Of a DNA stretch of 64,000 nt, positions 63,800 through 64,000 are shown in pieces. The stretch spans positions 16,244,001 through 16,308,000 of the forward strand of contig NC_047024.1 in the NCBI RefSeq assembly GCF_902652985.1. Direction: 5' to 3'. The notes beneath the pieces are model-generated. The model saw only the letters and a program-made list of their open reading frames with translations. It ran no database searches and had not been told where the DNA came from. The DNA is from Pecten maximus (lineage: Eukaryota). Position numbers and translations under genes: made by a program. The first letter of the stretch is position 1. Every line of letters starts with the position of its first letter.

Positions 63800-64000
63800 T
63801 ACAAACTAGTACAAACTCTGTCAAAGTTTATAAAAATTCTCAAACTAGTACAGACTTTGTCAAAGGTTATAAACATTCTCAAACTGGTACAGACTTTGTC
63901 AAAGGTTATAATATAATTCTCAAACTAGTAGAGACTTTGTCAAAGTTTATAAAAATTCTCAAACTAGTAGAGACTTTGTCAAAGTTTATAAAAATTCTCA
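63800..64000. repeat. 39-bp minisatellite starting ~10 nt after the SPT2 exon-5 donor
   Basis: CAAACTAGTACAGACTTTGTCAAAGGTTATAAAAATTCT unit. Confidence 0.9.

Overview
AT-rich eukaryotic genomic DNA with spliceosomal GT-AG genes and many minisatellites. It is probably a bivalve mollusc, inferred from Helentron-type repeats, LRR-only genes and repeat style. The left third holds a cluster of four two-exon secreted LRR-only genes; one has a decayed L1/Tx1-type LINE in its intron. An ~8 kb 46-bp satellite and a nested hairpin-element/Helentron-type insertion follow. The centre-right holds a 12-exon minus-strand gene (~1038 aa, hand-spliced, all phases consistent) with an unusual architecture: acidic SIM-like N-terminus, CUE/UBA-like domain, RNF216-like RING1-IBR, then a PARP7/11/12-like (H-Y-I) ADP-ribosyltransferase in place of the RBR catalytic RING2. 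The ART domain carries a ~190-aa low-complexity insert. This gene is head-to-head with an SPT2 histone-chaperone gene that runs off the window end. A second pattern: eight unrelated tandem arrays are amplifications of real exon-intron junctions, giving dozens of decoy splice sites. Most long ORFs in the supplied track that lie in repeats are artefacts.
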